In this document: positions 50,231-58,060 of the stretch, piece after piece
How the letters are laid out: each line of letters starts with the position of its first letter
Position numbering within the stretch: position 1 is the first letter of the stretch
Virus record (IMG/VR): IMGVR_UViG_3300050166_000025
Span: 64,001 to 128,000 of that record
Strand: one strand, 5' to 3'
Origin: a virus
DNA length: 64,000 bases
Program-made: the position numbers and the translations under genes
Notes under the pieces: generated by a model
Told to the model about the DNA's origin: nothing
The model's input: only the letters and a program-made list of their open reading frames with translations
Databases searched by the model: none

Positions 50231-50365
50231 GAAAAAGATATATGTTTGTGGTTACTCTATATATCTTTTAAAAAATAAAAAATTAAAGGGATGCCGACAT
50301 TGTGCAATTGAATAACCACAAACAATATTCACGAAAATTGTCGAAAATCCCTTTAATTTATATCT

Positions 50366-51067
50366 TTATTTATCGTTCTTATCTTTCCAAGCTTCGTATC
50401 TCTTTACGACCTCTTGTAAGATTTTAGCTCTAACGATATCCTTGTCAGTAAAGATGTGAGTTCCAATTCCCTTGATACCCTTTAGCATTTCCATAAATGA
50501 AGGAAGAGATACTTTATTTCTAGCGATGTCGTGTTGTGAAACGTCTCCAGCTACAATTACTTTAGTGTTCCTGCCCATCCTGGTGACAAAAAGTGCAAGT
50601 TGTCGAAAATCCGCATTTTGTGCCTCGTCAAGAATCATCAGGCAATTATCATAGGTGTCACCTCTCATATAGGCTAAAGGTTGAAACTCGATAATGCCAT
50701 CTCCGAAAAGTTGTTCAGTTTTATTCCAGCCAATAATCTTTTCAATATTAGATTTATATGACTTCATGTAAGGGTCTACCTTTTCATCGATTGAACCGGG
50801 CAAGAAGCCCAGTTTTTCGCCGGCCTCTTGAATAGGCTTGCATAGGATAATTTTAGTGATTTCTTTGTCTTTTAATAATTCCAGCGCAATATAACATGCA
50901 GTGAAAGTTTTTGAGGTTCCTGCTGGACCGTAGCAGAATGTAATATCGTTTTGAAGAACTGTGTTTACGTAATCGTTTTGTGATTGTCTTAACTGAACGG
51001 TTGGTTGAATTTCCGCCTTTGGTTTAGATTGTTGTTGACTCTTTTGATTGTTTCGAGTAGATCCCAT
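50366..51067 (-). CDS. phoH: PhoH-like ATPase
   Basis: GPAGTSKT, LGFLPG, LAYMRG, ILDEAQN, TRMG, GDVSQ. Confidence 0.92.
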   Translation of the reverse strand: MGSTRNNQKSQQQSKPKAEIQPTVQLRQSQNDYVNTVLQNDITFCYGPAGTSKTFTACYIALELLKDKEITKIILCKPIQEAGEKLGFLPGSIDEKVDPYMKSYKSNIEKIIGWNKTEQLFGDGIIEFQPLAYMRGDTYDNCLMILDEAQNADFRQLALFVTRMGRNTKVIVAGDVSQHDIARNKVSLPSFMEMLKGIKGIGTHIFTDKDIVRAKILQEVVKRYEAWKDKNDK

Positions 51068-51086
51068 GCTTATGTTTATTTTTAAC

Positions 51087-51371
51087 TTAATCCCCAGCCA
51101 TTATTACAAGCTCCTTTAGTTTCATTAAGGTATCACACTTCTCATACTCTTCCAGTTCTACAAAGTATTCGATTAATAATTGAATAAACTTTGAGCGTTG
51201 GCCTAAGCCATGTGGAATTTCAATAGTGTTCTTACCGTCTTGAAACGCAATAAACCTGTTAACAGTTTTCGTAAAATTTCTTGTAATGATAGAATAGCTT
51301 GAACGCATCAGCTGGTCTTTTTCATCACCTGTTAAATAACCCATTCTGTTTGTTTGAATGTTTTTTATCAT
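51087..51371 (-). CDS. EEYEKC (UVR-like motif) protein 1
   Basis: C-terminal YFVELEEYEKCDTL. Confidence 0.65.
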   Translation of the reverse strand: MIKNIQTNRMGYLTGDEKDQLMRSSYSIITRNFTKTVNRFIAFQDGKNTIEIPHGLGQRSKFIQLLIEYFVELEEYEKCDTLMKLKELVIMAGD

Positions 51372-51481
51372 GTTGAATTTTCAACAGTTTATATATTTTA
51401 ACCAGTAATGAATCGGTGTGGTTTGGACAATTTTAATAATGTAATATATTTTAGGATGTGAGCCCTGTATCACCGAAGTGT

Positions 51482-51667
51482 TTATTGATTGGTATTCTTC
51501 TGTTGCTTATATTCAGCTTTTTGTTTTTGTAATCGCTTCATCGCACTCTTTTTCTTGAACTCTTTTTTCTCTTGTAAGGCTTGCATCTGCTTGATTTTGA
51601 TAGTTTTACGCTTAAACTCCTTTAGAGCCTTCTCAATGTTGCCGTCCTTTACATTAATAATAATCAT
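51482..51667 (-). CDS. rpsU: ribosomal protein bS21
   Basis: MIIINVKDGNIEKALKEFKRK...F.KKS..KR...KAEY, 61 aa, basic. Confidence 0.9.
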   Translation of the reverse strand: MIIINVKDGNIEKALKEFKRKTIKIKQMQALQEKKEFKKKSAMKRLQKQKAEYKQQKNTNQ

Positions 51668-51918
51668 AACTCTTGAATTATTTTTTTAAGATTGTGACAT
51701 TTTTCATACTCTTCTAAGCCTTCGAACCACTTAACCATTAATTCTAAGGCCTCTATCTTGTTTTCTTTGGTGGCGCTGGATTCTGAGAGCGCTCCCATCT
51801 TCTTCGTCATCAAGGCCCGATATGTTAGTTCCATTATCTGACCCTTGTTCAAGGTTAGAAGTTGATTAAAGAAGGAAGTGTGGTCGTCACTCGAGAGTAT
51901 GCCGTCGTAGTCAATCAA
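51664..51918 (-). CDS. EEYEKC (UVR-like motif) protein 2
   Basis: C-terminal WFEGLEEYEKCHNL. Confidence 0.65.
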   Translation of the reverse strand: MIDYDGILSSDDHTSFFNQLLTLNKGQIMELTYRALMTKKMGALSESSATKENKIEALELMVKWFEGLEEYEKCHNLKKIIQEL

Positions 51919-52730
51919 TTTTCAAGTTGCTTTATTCTATTTATCAACTCAAGTTGATCGGCATTTATACCCGCAAAACTCGTAAGTAATTTTATTAAGA
52001 TGGCTCCAGCTTCATTAGTGCCCATGATAGGCAAGCCTTTACCGGCTAACCTGAGAACTTTTCCAGGATTTGAGCCCGGTGGAACGGTGAAGGCTAATTT
52101 ACCCGAAGGAGTGTCAATCTCTGTTTTAGTGCCAAGTATCATGTCATACCATCTCAGGCTCACCTCCATCCAAACATCATCGCCCTGAATAATCCAGTTC
52201 ACGTTGGGTAAGATAGTGACTTGCACTAATAGGTCACCTCTGGGAGCCTCTCTATTCCATGGGTTCCAGGAGCCTCTGCCTCTAACCCTTAAAGTCATGC
52301 CCTCCTTTGCTCCCTTTGGAATCTCCACTGGCACCTGATCGATTCTGGTGTTAAGAGTTGTCTTGAAGCCGTTATAGATGTGATGTATATCTAATTGAAC
52401 TGTGACACGCTGGTCCTGCCCTTTTCTCGAAGAGTCTGCCCGGTTGCCAAAGTGCACGTTGAAATCGTTGGACCAGTTTGTATTGCCCTGATTCCATTGC
52501 TGAAACAGGTTTTCCCAGTCCATTTCACCACCCTTTGACCTATCATACTGTCTACGCTTCTCCTCATCGCCAAGAGTTTGATAAGCCTCCTGTACGGTTT
52601 GAAAACGCTGCTTCGTATCAGTGTCCGGGTTCTTATCAGGATGCAATTCCTTAGCCAGTTTTCTGTACGCTTGTTTAATCTCCTCTTGACTAGCTGTCTC
52701 GCTTACTTTTAATGTTTGATAATAGCTCAT
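51915..52730 (-). CDS. dnaJ: DnaJ class B (CbpA-like) co-chaperone
   Basis: J-domain with HPD, no zinc finger, C-terminal substrate-binding domain (LRVRGRG, GDLLV, LRLAGKG). Confidence 0.9.
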   Translation of the reverse strand: MSYYQTLKVSETASQEEIKQAYRKLAKELHPDKNPDTDTKQRFQTVQEAYQTLGDEEKRRQYDRSKGGEMDWENLFQQWNQGNTNWSNDFNVHFGNRADSSRKGQDQRVTVQLDIHHIYNGFKTTLNTRIDQVPVEIPKGAKEGMTLRVRGRGSWNPWNREAPRGDLLVQVTILPNVNWIIQGDDVWMEVSLRWYDMILGTKTEIDTPSGKLAFTVPPGSNPGKVLRLAGKGLPIMGTNEAGAILIKLLTSFAGINADQLELINRIKQLEN

Positions 52731-52866
52731 CCTTGCGAGTTTTAATAGCCTCCTTAATTTTCTCTACTCCGCCTGTCAATAAGTCTGCCTTCTGTTGACG
52801 CTCCATTGAGTCAGCAATTCGTTTTAATTGTTTTGCGATTTCGGCTAGTGATTTTGAATCATCCAT
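52690..52866 (-). CDS. small coiled-coil hypothetical protein (58 aa, below ORF cutoff)
   Basis: MDDSKSLAEIAKQLKRIADSMERQQK...KRDS*; AATATATA upstream; overlaps dnaJ start. Confidence 0.55.
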   Translation of the reverse strand: MDDSKSLAEIAKQLKRIADSMERQQKADLLTGGVEKIKEAIKTRKDELLSNIKSKRDS

Positions 52867-52921
52867 AATAAGATATTATTTTAATCTATTCTATATATTT
52901 TTCACATTTTGTTTATAGATG

Positions 52922-52945
52922 AAAAAAGGGAGCCAGGGCTCCCTT
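52922..52945 (-). terminator. intrinsic terminator
   Basis: AAGGGAGCC..GGCTCCCTT with T-tract. Confidence 0.8.
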
Positions 52946-52964
52946 AATCAATCAAACAATTAAA

Positions 52965-53291
52965 CTATTTTATCTCAATGTCTTCCAACTCTGGCAGATA
53001 CTTGTTTAAGACTGCACACTTCTCATACTCTTCTCGCTCAACAAAATACTGAATCATATAACAGATAGTGCTCTTTAGTTGAGACAGGACCTTATTGTCG
53101 ATTGAAATAAGTCTTAAGCCTTGAATGTCGATGCCTTTGCGCTCGATCGCTTCATAGTTGGTTCTGACATATCGGTCAATCATTCTATCGTAGATTTGTT
53201 GTGACATCTCTTCAGTTGTTTCATCGGGTTGAAAGTCATCTTCGGAGCCAAAAAAATCTTCATCTTCGTCATTAATGTCGTCAAAAAACAT
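52965..53291 (-). CDS. EEYEKC (UVR-like motif) protein 3, acidic N-terminus
   Basis: YFVEREEYEKCAVL; early promoter copy upstream. Confidence 0.65.
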   Translation of the reverse strand: MFFDDINDEDEDFFGSEDDFQPDETTEEMSQQIYDRMIDRYVRTNYEAIERKGIDIQGLRLISIDNKVLSQLKSTICYMIQYFVEREEYEKCAVLNKYLPELEDIEIK

Positions 53292-53345
53292 AGTAAGTAT
53301 CTTTAAGTTTAGGTAAATATAACTAATTTATCCGAATTAAAAAAA

Positions 53346-53744
53346 TTATTCTTCAACTATTTTTACTTTTGTTGATTTTGATTCCTCATCACATGTCCAG
53401 GATACAGTTAAAATACCCGCCTTTAATTTTGCAGAGATTGAATCGGCATTCACCGTGCTGCCTAATGTAAATGACTTCTTAAAAGAGCTGATAAATTTAT
53501 TAGTATTTCCAGCAGGCACATTGGCGCTAACGGTTAAGACTCTGCATTCAACATGCACGTCAATCTCCTTAAGAGTTAAGCCCGGTGCTAAAAAATGAAT
53601 TTGTCTATTTTCATAATCAATGTCTACGAGTTCATCTTCTAAGTCGTTATATCTAACTAATGAAGTGGTTGACCATGTTGGCAAATCATTATTTAGAGAG
53701 AACATGTCTTTAATAGTTTGGTAGTGTCTTTGTGTAAAATTCAT
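53346..53744 (-). CDS. small heat-shock protein (Hsp20)
   Basis: APGLTLKEIDVHVE..VLTV, FKKSFTL, ISAKLKAGILTV. Confidence 0.85.
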   Translation of the reverse strand: MNFTQRHYQTIKDMFSLNNDLPTWSTTSLVRYNDLEDELVDIDYENRQIHFLAPGLTLKEIDVHVECRVLTVSANVPAGNTNKFISSFKKSFTLGSTVNADSISAKLKAGILTVSWTCDEESKSTKVKIVEE

Positions 53745-53791
53745 TGTATTTAAGTTTATTTTCTCTGGATTATTCCATTAACTAATATACT

Positions 53792-53833
53792 ATCAATTTG
53801 TGTGCCATTATGCTAAAATTGGACACATTGTCA
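53792..53833 (-). promoter_or_regulatory. sigma54-like -24/-12 promoter with upstream near-palindrome
   Basis: TGGCAC-ACAAA-TTGAT and TGACA-ATG-TGTCC upstream of hsp20. Confidence 0.5.
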
Positions 53834-53836
53834 CTG

Positions 53837-54571
53837 TTATGGTATAATTGTCATTCCACTTAACTTCAACATCACATCGGCGGTTGCCTTAATGTCTCTC
53901 TCGCAATACTCCATGATTTGTTGAATGTTGCCTTTATAGAATTCAGCGCTCACTTGTCCACCTTCCATCTGCTCTTTTGGTGAAGGAATTCCTAACATCT
54001 CACAGATAACACCAAGTTTAGCTCCATTCCAGCCACCAAATTTCCAAACATCAGCTGTATCTAATAAGCAGCTGTCCCATGGTTTCACTTTCTGCATGTG
54101 AAGTTGCTTTGGCAGTTCAATCCCATGAATCATCGCTCGTTTACAGATATAAGGCACGTCAAAGCCTTTAATATTATGACCAACTAATTTGACACCAGGT
54201 GCCTTAAAGAAGATGGCGGTGAGCACTTGTAAAAATTCTTTAAGCAACTCTTTCTCATCATCTCCATAGAACGAGCGGGCTTTGAAATCACTCGCGGGAC
54301 CTTCTTCATCAAACTTAACTTGTCCCATTGAGATACAGACTATCCGGCCCCATTCTGGGAATAGAGCAGCCTGAATGTTATAGATTTCAGCTTCATTCTT
54401 ATCCTCTAATTCAGGCCTGTCTTTACGAATAAACATGCACTTTTCTGCCCACCAAGAAGCCATTTGAGAATTAGCAGATAGTGACAGCTTAAACTCCTCG
54501 TAATCTGAATGCGAAGCAGACGTTTCAATGTCTATGAATAACATCTGTTTTAATTCATCTTGTCTATACAT
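53837..54571 (-). CDS. DEDD 3'-5' exonuclease (PolB-proofreading-like)
   Basis: FIDIET, GHNIKGFDVP, YCERD. Confidence 0.85.
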   Translation of the reverse strand: MYRQDELKQMLFIDIETSASHSDYEEFKLSLSANSQMASWWAEKCMFIRKDRPELEDKNEAEIYNIQAALFPEWGRIVCISMGQVKFDEEGPASDFKARSFYGDDEKELLKEFLQVLTAIFFKAPGVKLVGHNIKGFDVPYICKRAMIHGIELPKQLHMQKVKPWDSCLLDTADVWKFGGWNGAKLGVICEMLGIPSPKEQMEGGQVSAEFYKGNIQQIMEYCERDIKATADVMLKLSGMTIIP

Positions 54572-54822
54572 TATTTTTCTTCTTTAGTGATATCGAAAAT
54601 TGAAATTGGGTAGAACATTTCTGGCTTACCCATTCGGTCTGCCATTTGCTGATCTAGCTTAACGCTAAACTTATACCATTTATACCCATATTGTTTTGTC
54701 AAGTCCTTTAACTCCTCTACCAGGACTCCGGTTTTGGTCATAAACCCAGCGTGTAAGAATTGATAGGTCTTACCAACCTTTGGATTTGGGACCGTGATAA
54801 CTTTGGTTTGCTTCTTTGACAT
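54571..54822 (-). CDS. hypothetical early protein
   Basis: True start ATG 54822 (MSKKQTK), downstream of the duplicated promoter cassette. Confidence 0.65.
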   Translation of the reverse strand: MSKKQTKVITVPNPKVGKTYQFLHAGFMTKTGVLVEELKDLTKQYGYKWYKFSVKLDQQMADRMGKPEMFYPISIFDITKEEK

Positions 54823-54838
54823 ATTGCTGTTGTTTATA

Positions 54839-54905
54839 AGGTAAATATAACTAAAAAACCCGAGACTAAAAAATCTCGGGTCATTTATTTTCAAAAAAAT
54901 TTAAT
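54839..54905 (-). repeat. duplicated terminator-plus-early-promoter cassette, copy 2
   Basis: Near-identical to 48333-48400. Confidence 0.9.
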
Positions 54906-55142
54906 TTATTTTATGGAGTGTAAGGGATCGTTCCAGCTCCTGGCTCTTCTAACCTTTGCGTAAGACTCATAGTTAAGATGAACCGCCGCATATCCACCGG
55001 TTACCGAGTATGGAACATCGTGTTCTGAATACCAGTACGCCGGTGCCTCGCTGATTCTGTCATTTAGAAAGTCAAACAGCTCATCAATCTGCATGTGATG
55101 CACATAAATAGTTACAGTCATATTTGAGTTAGGGTATGCCAT
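54906..55142 (-). CDS. hypothetical protein
   Basis: 78 aa, coupled to ATP-grasp gene. Confidence 0.65.
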   Translation of the reverse strand: MAYPNSNMTVTIYVHHMQIDELFDFLNDRISEAPAYWYSEHDVPYSVTGGYAAVHLNYESYAKVRRARSWNDPLHSIK

Positions 55143-56095
55143 TATTTTTTAACCTGCCAGTTAGGATTTTGTTTTTGATTCTGTTTAATATCTTGCTGTC
55201 TAAATTCTTGTAGGAGCTTAGAGGTCTCGTCGGATAGTTGTGTCTCGTACCAGTCCTCGTAAATTCTCTCATATACCAGAGCCATTACTCCGAATAGAGC
55301 ACCAGGCTCTGAATTAATCTCGAACACATAGACTTTATCGTCCTCTGTCTTTGCAATATCGATCGCATAGAAGTCCAGGTCCGAGTGGTAGTCTCCAAAG
55401 TATGCAATGCATTTTAAGAAATCATCCCCTGGGGTCTCTTCTCTTAAAATATAAGCGAAATTAGTCTCCTTGTCCTCGGCCTTCTTAGCAATATCCTTTG
55501 TCTCATCATCCATTGGCTTTCTCTCTGCCCATTGAATTACTTCACTTCTCCACACAAAGAACCTATGCTCCTCTTTAATCTTAATCTTTTCAGAAAAGGA
55601 TGAGAATTGAGACAGGTCTACGCTATCCATGCTCTCTGGTGTTTCAAATACTTTAATACCTAAACCGCTATGATTATTATCTGGTTTTGCAACCACCGGA
55701 AAGTTAAGGTCTTTAACTGCTTTAGGATCTAAGACCGTAGGAATAATAAAACCTGATTTAGCGTGAGCCTTGTAAAACTCAGCCTTCGAGCTAACCTTCT
55801 CTCTTGCTTGCAGTTTATTATAAACCTGATTGTCTCTGATAGCGCCAGCCTTGATCATTTTCTCAAGCGTCTTTCTATCGTAGTTTAAGACAGGAAGATC
55901 TTTCGGCACCGTAATAGGCTCATCTCCGCGGGTAATAATAGTCCAGTACTCATGAGTTGAATACTCTGGGCCCGTGATAAACGAGTCATCCAGATCAGCT
56001 CTACGAGTAATCATTACTTTCTGGAACTCTGATCTTACAAATGCTTCATTCACAAATTGGTCAAATGATAATATCTTAGTATTGAGTGCTCTCAT
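55142..56095 (-). CDS. ATP-grasp ligase (RimK-like)
   Basis: FPVVAKPDNNHSGLGI, EHRFFV, FYAIDI, VFEINSEPG; N-terminal SFDQFVNE. Confidence 0.8.
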   Translation of the reverse strand: MRALNTKILSFDQFVNEAFVRSEFQKVMITRRADLDDSFITGPEYSTHEYWTIITRGDEPITVPKDLPVLNYDRKTLEKMIKAGAIRDNQVYNKLQAREKVSSKAEFYKAHAKSGFIIPTVLDPKAVKDLNFPVVAKPDNNHSGLGIKVFETPESMDSVDLSQFSSFSEKIKIKEEHRFFVWRSEVIQWAERKPMDDETKDIAKKAEDKETNFAYILREETPGDDFLKCIAYFGDYHSDLDFYAIDIAKTEDDKVYVFEINSEPGALFGVMALVYERIYEDWYETQLSDETSKLLQEFRQQDIKQNQKQNPNWQVKK

Positions 56096-56130
56096 AGTCT
56101 ATATATTAAAAAATAAAATACCTTATCTCT

Positions 56131-58035
56131 TTAGGAGTTTAATTGTATTTTTTTAATTGTATTTTTCAATTCTTCTATTTGCGCCTGTTGTTCTTTAATA
56201 GCCTCAACTAAAACTGCAACCATATTTTGATATTTAACAGACTTATTGCCGCTCTCATCAGTTACAACCAATTCAGGTATGTTTAATTCCAATTCTTGTG
56301 CAATAAATCCAATGTTATTTTTAGTGCCAGTATCTATTCTATCATAGACCACACCTCTTGATTTTAATATTTTATCTAAAGAACTTTCAATTGGTTTTAT
56401 GTTTTCTTTTACTCTAGCATCTGAAAAAGCAGTAATATCGCCAGAAGCATAAACTTCACCAAATGAAACTTTACCTTGAGCAGAACTCCACACGTCATTA
56501 AAAGTAGATGTAGTAGGAGACACTGAAGCACCATATATAGAATATGTGCTTGTTCTTAGTTGTGGGCTAATTCCATAGTTACAATACATATAATAGATTC
56601 CGCCGCCTCTTACCCACACTACTTCATCAGATGAGTTTGACATTTGCGTGATACCACCAATGGGCGACATTCCAGATACGAATCTATAGTTGTATGATTC
56701 AATAAATCTTATATTATCATTTGTTCCCCATCCGTTACCATTTGCAAACCATATTAATTTAACTGAAAAACCGGCCGGGTGAGATGACCAAGATGGAACA
56801 TTTGAATTCAAGGCAACTCTGATCGATAATTTATATAAAGTATTAGTTCCTAAACCAATTGTAACTGGATAATAAGTATTTACGTCTAATCCTGTAGTGT
56901 TAATAGTATATGAATATTCTATATCTCCATTTACACCGGCTGCTCCATTAGCTCCACTTGAACCTGAGCTTCCCGATGTTCCGTTTAAACCGCTTGAACC
57001 CGAGCTTCCTGAACTACCAGAATTACCAGATGAACCTGAACTACCAGAATTACCAGATGAACCTGAAGTGCCAGATGTTCCTGTTAAACCCGATGAACCA
57101 CTAAATCCTGAAGAACCAGAAGTTCCTGATGAACCTGATGAGCCAGAAGAACCAGATGTACCTGAAGTTCCTGATGAACCACTTGAGCCGGATGTACCAG
57201 ATGTTCCTGTTGTACCAGAAGTACCAGAAGTTCCTGATGAACCACTTGAGCCTGAAGTTCCTGATGAACCAGAAGAACCATTAGTTCCTGAAGAACCTGA
57301 TGTTCCTGCAGTACCATTAGTTCCTGATGAACCGCTTGAACCAGAAGTCCCAGATGTGCCTGTTGTTCCAGAAGTACCTGATGAACCGCTTGAACCAGAA
57401 GTCCCAGATGTGCCTGTTGTTCCAGAAGTACCTGATGAACCGCTTGAACCTGAAGTTCCTGCTGTACCTGATGAGCCAGATGAACCTGGTGTACCACTTG
57501 AACCTGATGTTCCAGAAGTACCTGTTGTACCCGATGTTCCAGAAGAACCATTGGTTCCGCTTGAACCAGAAGTCCCAGATATGCCTGATGTTCCAGTAGT
57601 TCCTGAAGAACCTGAAGTCCCAGATATGCCTGATGTTCCAGTAGTTCCTGAAGAACCTGAAGTTCCGCCTGTACCACTTGATCCAGAAGTTCCTGTTATA
57701 CCTGAAGTCCCATCTGTACCTGAAAAGCCCGATGAACCGGAAGTTCCGGAAGTACCATGCGTACCATGCTCGCCTGTAGTTCCTGAAGAACCTGAAGTAC
57801 CATCAGTACCGCTTGTTCCTGTTAAGCCAGAGCTACCAGATGTACCGCTTGAGCCAGAAGCACCTATTATTCCATCAATACCAGACGTTCCACTGGTACC
57901 TGAACTGCCATTAGCTCCAGAAATAGCAGCTTTATTTTTTAAATTATCTAATTCGGCTTTAAGTCCATCTATTTGATTTATACTAACTCTTGGCATAACT
58001 CGGGATATATTTGTTTCTTCTATATATTTCCGCAT
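56131..58035 (-). CDS. fibre protein with Gly-Ser/Thr triplet repeat and C-terminal S74 intramolecular chaperone
   Basis: About 330 aa of G-T-S/G-S-S; AFSDARVKENI...GFIAQE...LVEAIKEQQ. Confidence 0.85.
   Translation of the reverse strand: MRKYIEETNISRVMPRVSINQIDGLKAELDNLKNKAAISGANGSSGTSGTSGIDGIIGASGSSGTSGSSGLTGTSGTDGTSGSSGTTGEHGTHGTSGTSGSSGFSGTDGTSGITGTSGSSGTGGTSGSSGTTGTSGISGTSGSSGTTGTSGISGTSGSSGTNGSSGTSGTTGTSGTSGSSGTPGSSGSSGTAGTSGSSGSSGTSGTTGTSGTSGSSGSSGTSGTTGTSGTSGSSGSSGTNGTAGTSGSSGTNGSSGSSGTSGSSGSSGTSGTSGTTGTSGTSGSSGSSGTSGTSGSSGSSGSSGTSGSSGFSGSSGLTGTSGTSGSSGNSGSSGSSGNSGSSGSSGSSGLNGTSGSSGSSGANGAAGVNGDIEYSYTINTTGLDVNTYYPVTIGLGTNTLYKLSIRVALNSNVPSWSSHPAGFSVKLIWFANGNGWGTNDNIRFIESYNYRFVSGMSPIGGITQMSNSSDEVVWVRGGGIYYMYCNYGISPQLRTSTYSIYGASVSPTTSTFNDVWSSAQGKVSFGEVYASGDITAFSDARVKENIKPIESSLDKILKSRGVVYDRIDTGTKNNIGFIAQELELNIPELVVTDESGNKSVKYQNMVAVLVEAIKEQQAQIEELKNTIKKIQLNS
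56925..57920 (-). repeat. 9-bp-period coding repeat (G-S/T-S/T)
   Basis: cctgaagtt/cctgatgaa/ccgcttgaa units; exact 54-bp tandem at 57323-57430. Confidence 0.9.
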
Positions 58036-58060
58036 TTGTACTCAATAAAATATATAACCT

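Noticed and set aside
230-56156. Many short plus-strand ORFs (e.g. 5197-5757, 7489-7839, 33160-33522)
   Set aside because: Mostly antisense to long minus-strand genes, with no recognisable motifs or promoters
56897-57976. 359-aa plus-strand Pro/Glu/Val ORF and the V/Q/L-rich ORFs 57084-57677, 62911-63102 and 63103-63975
   Set aside because: Antisense or alternate-frame shadows of the Gly-Ser/Thr fibre repeat; the real frame ends in an S74 domain
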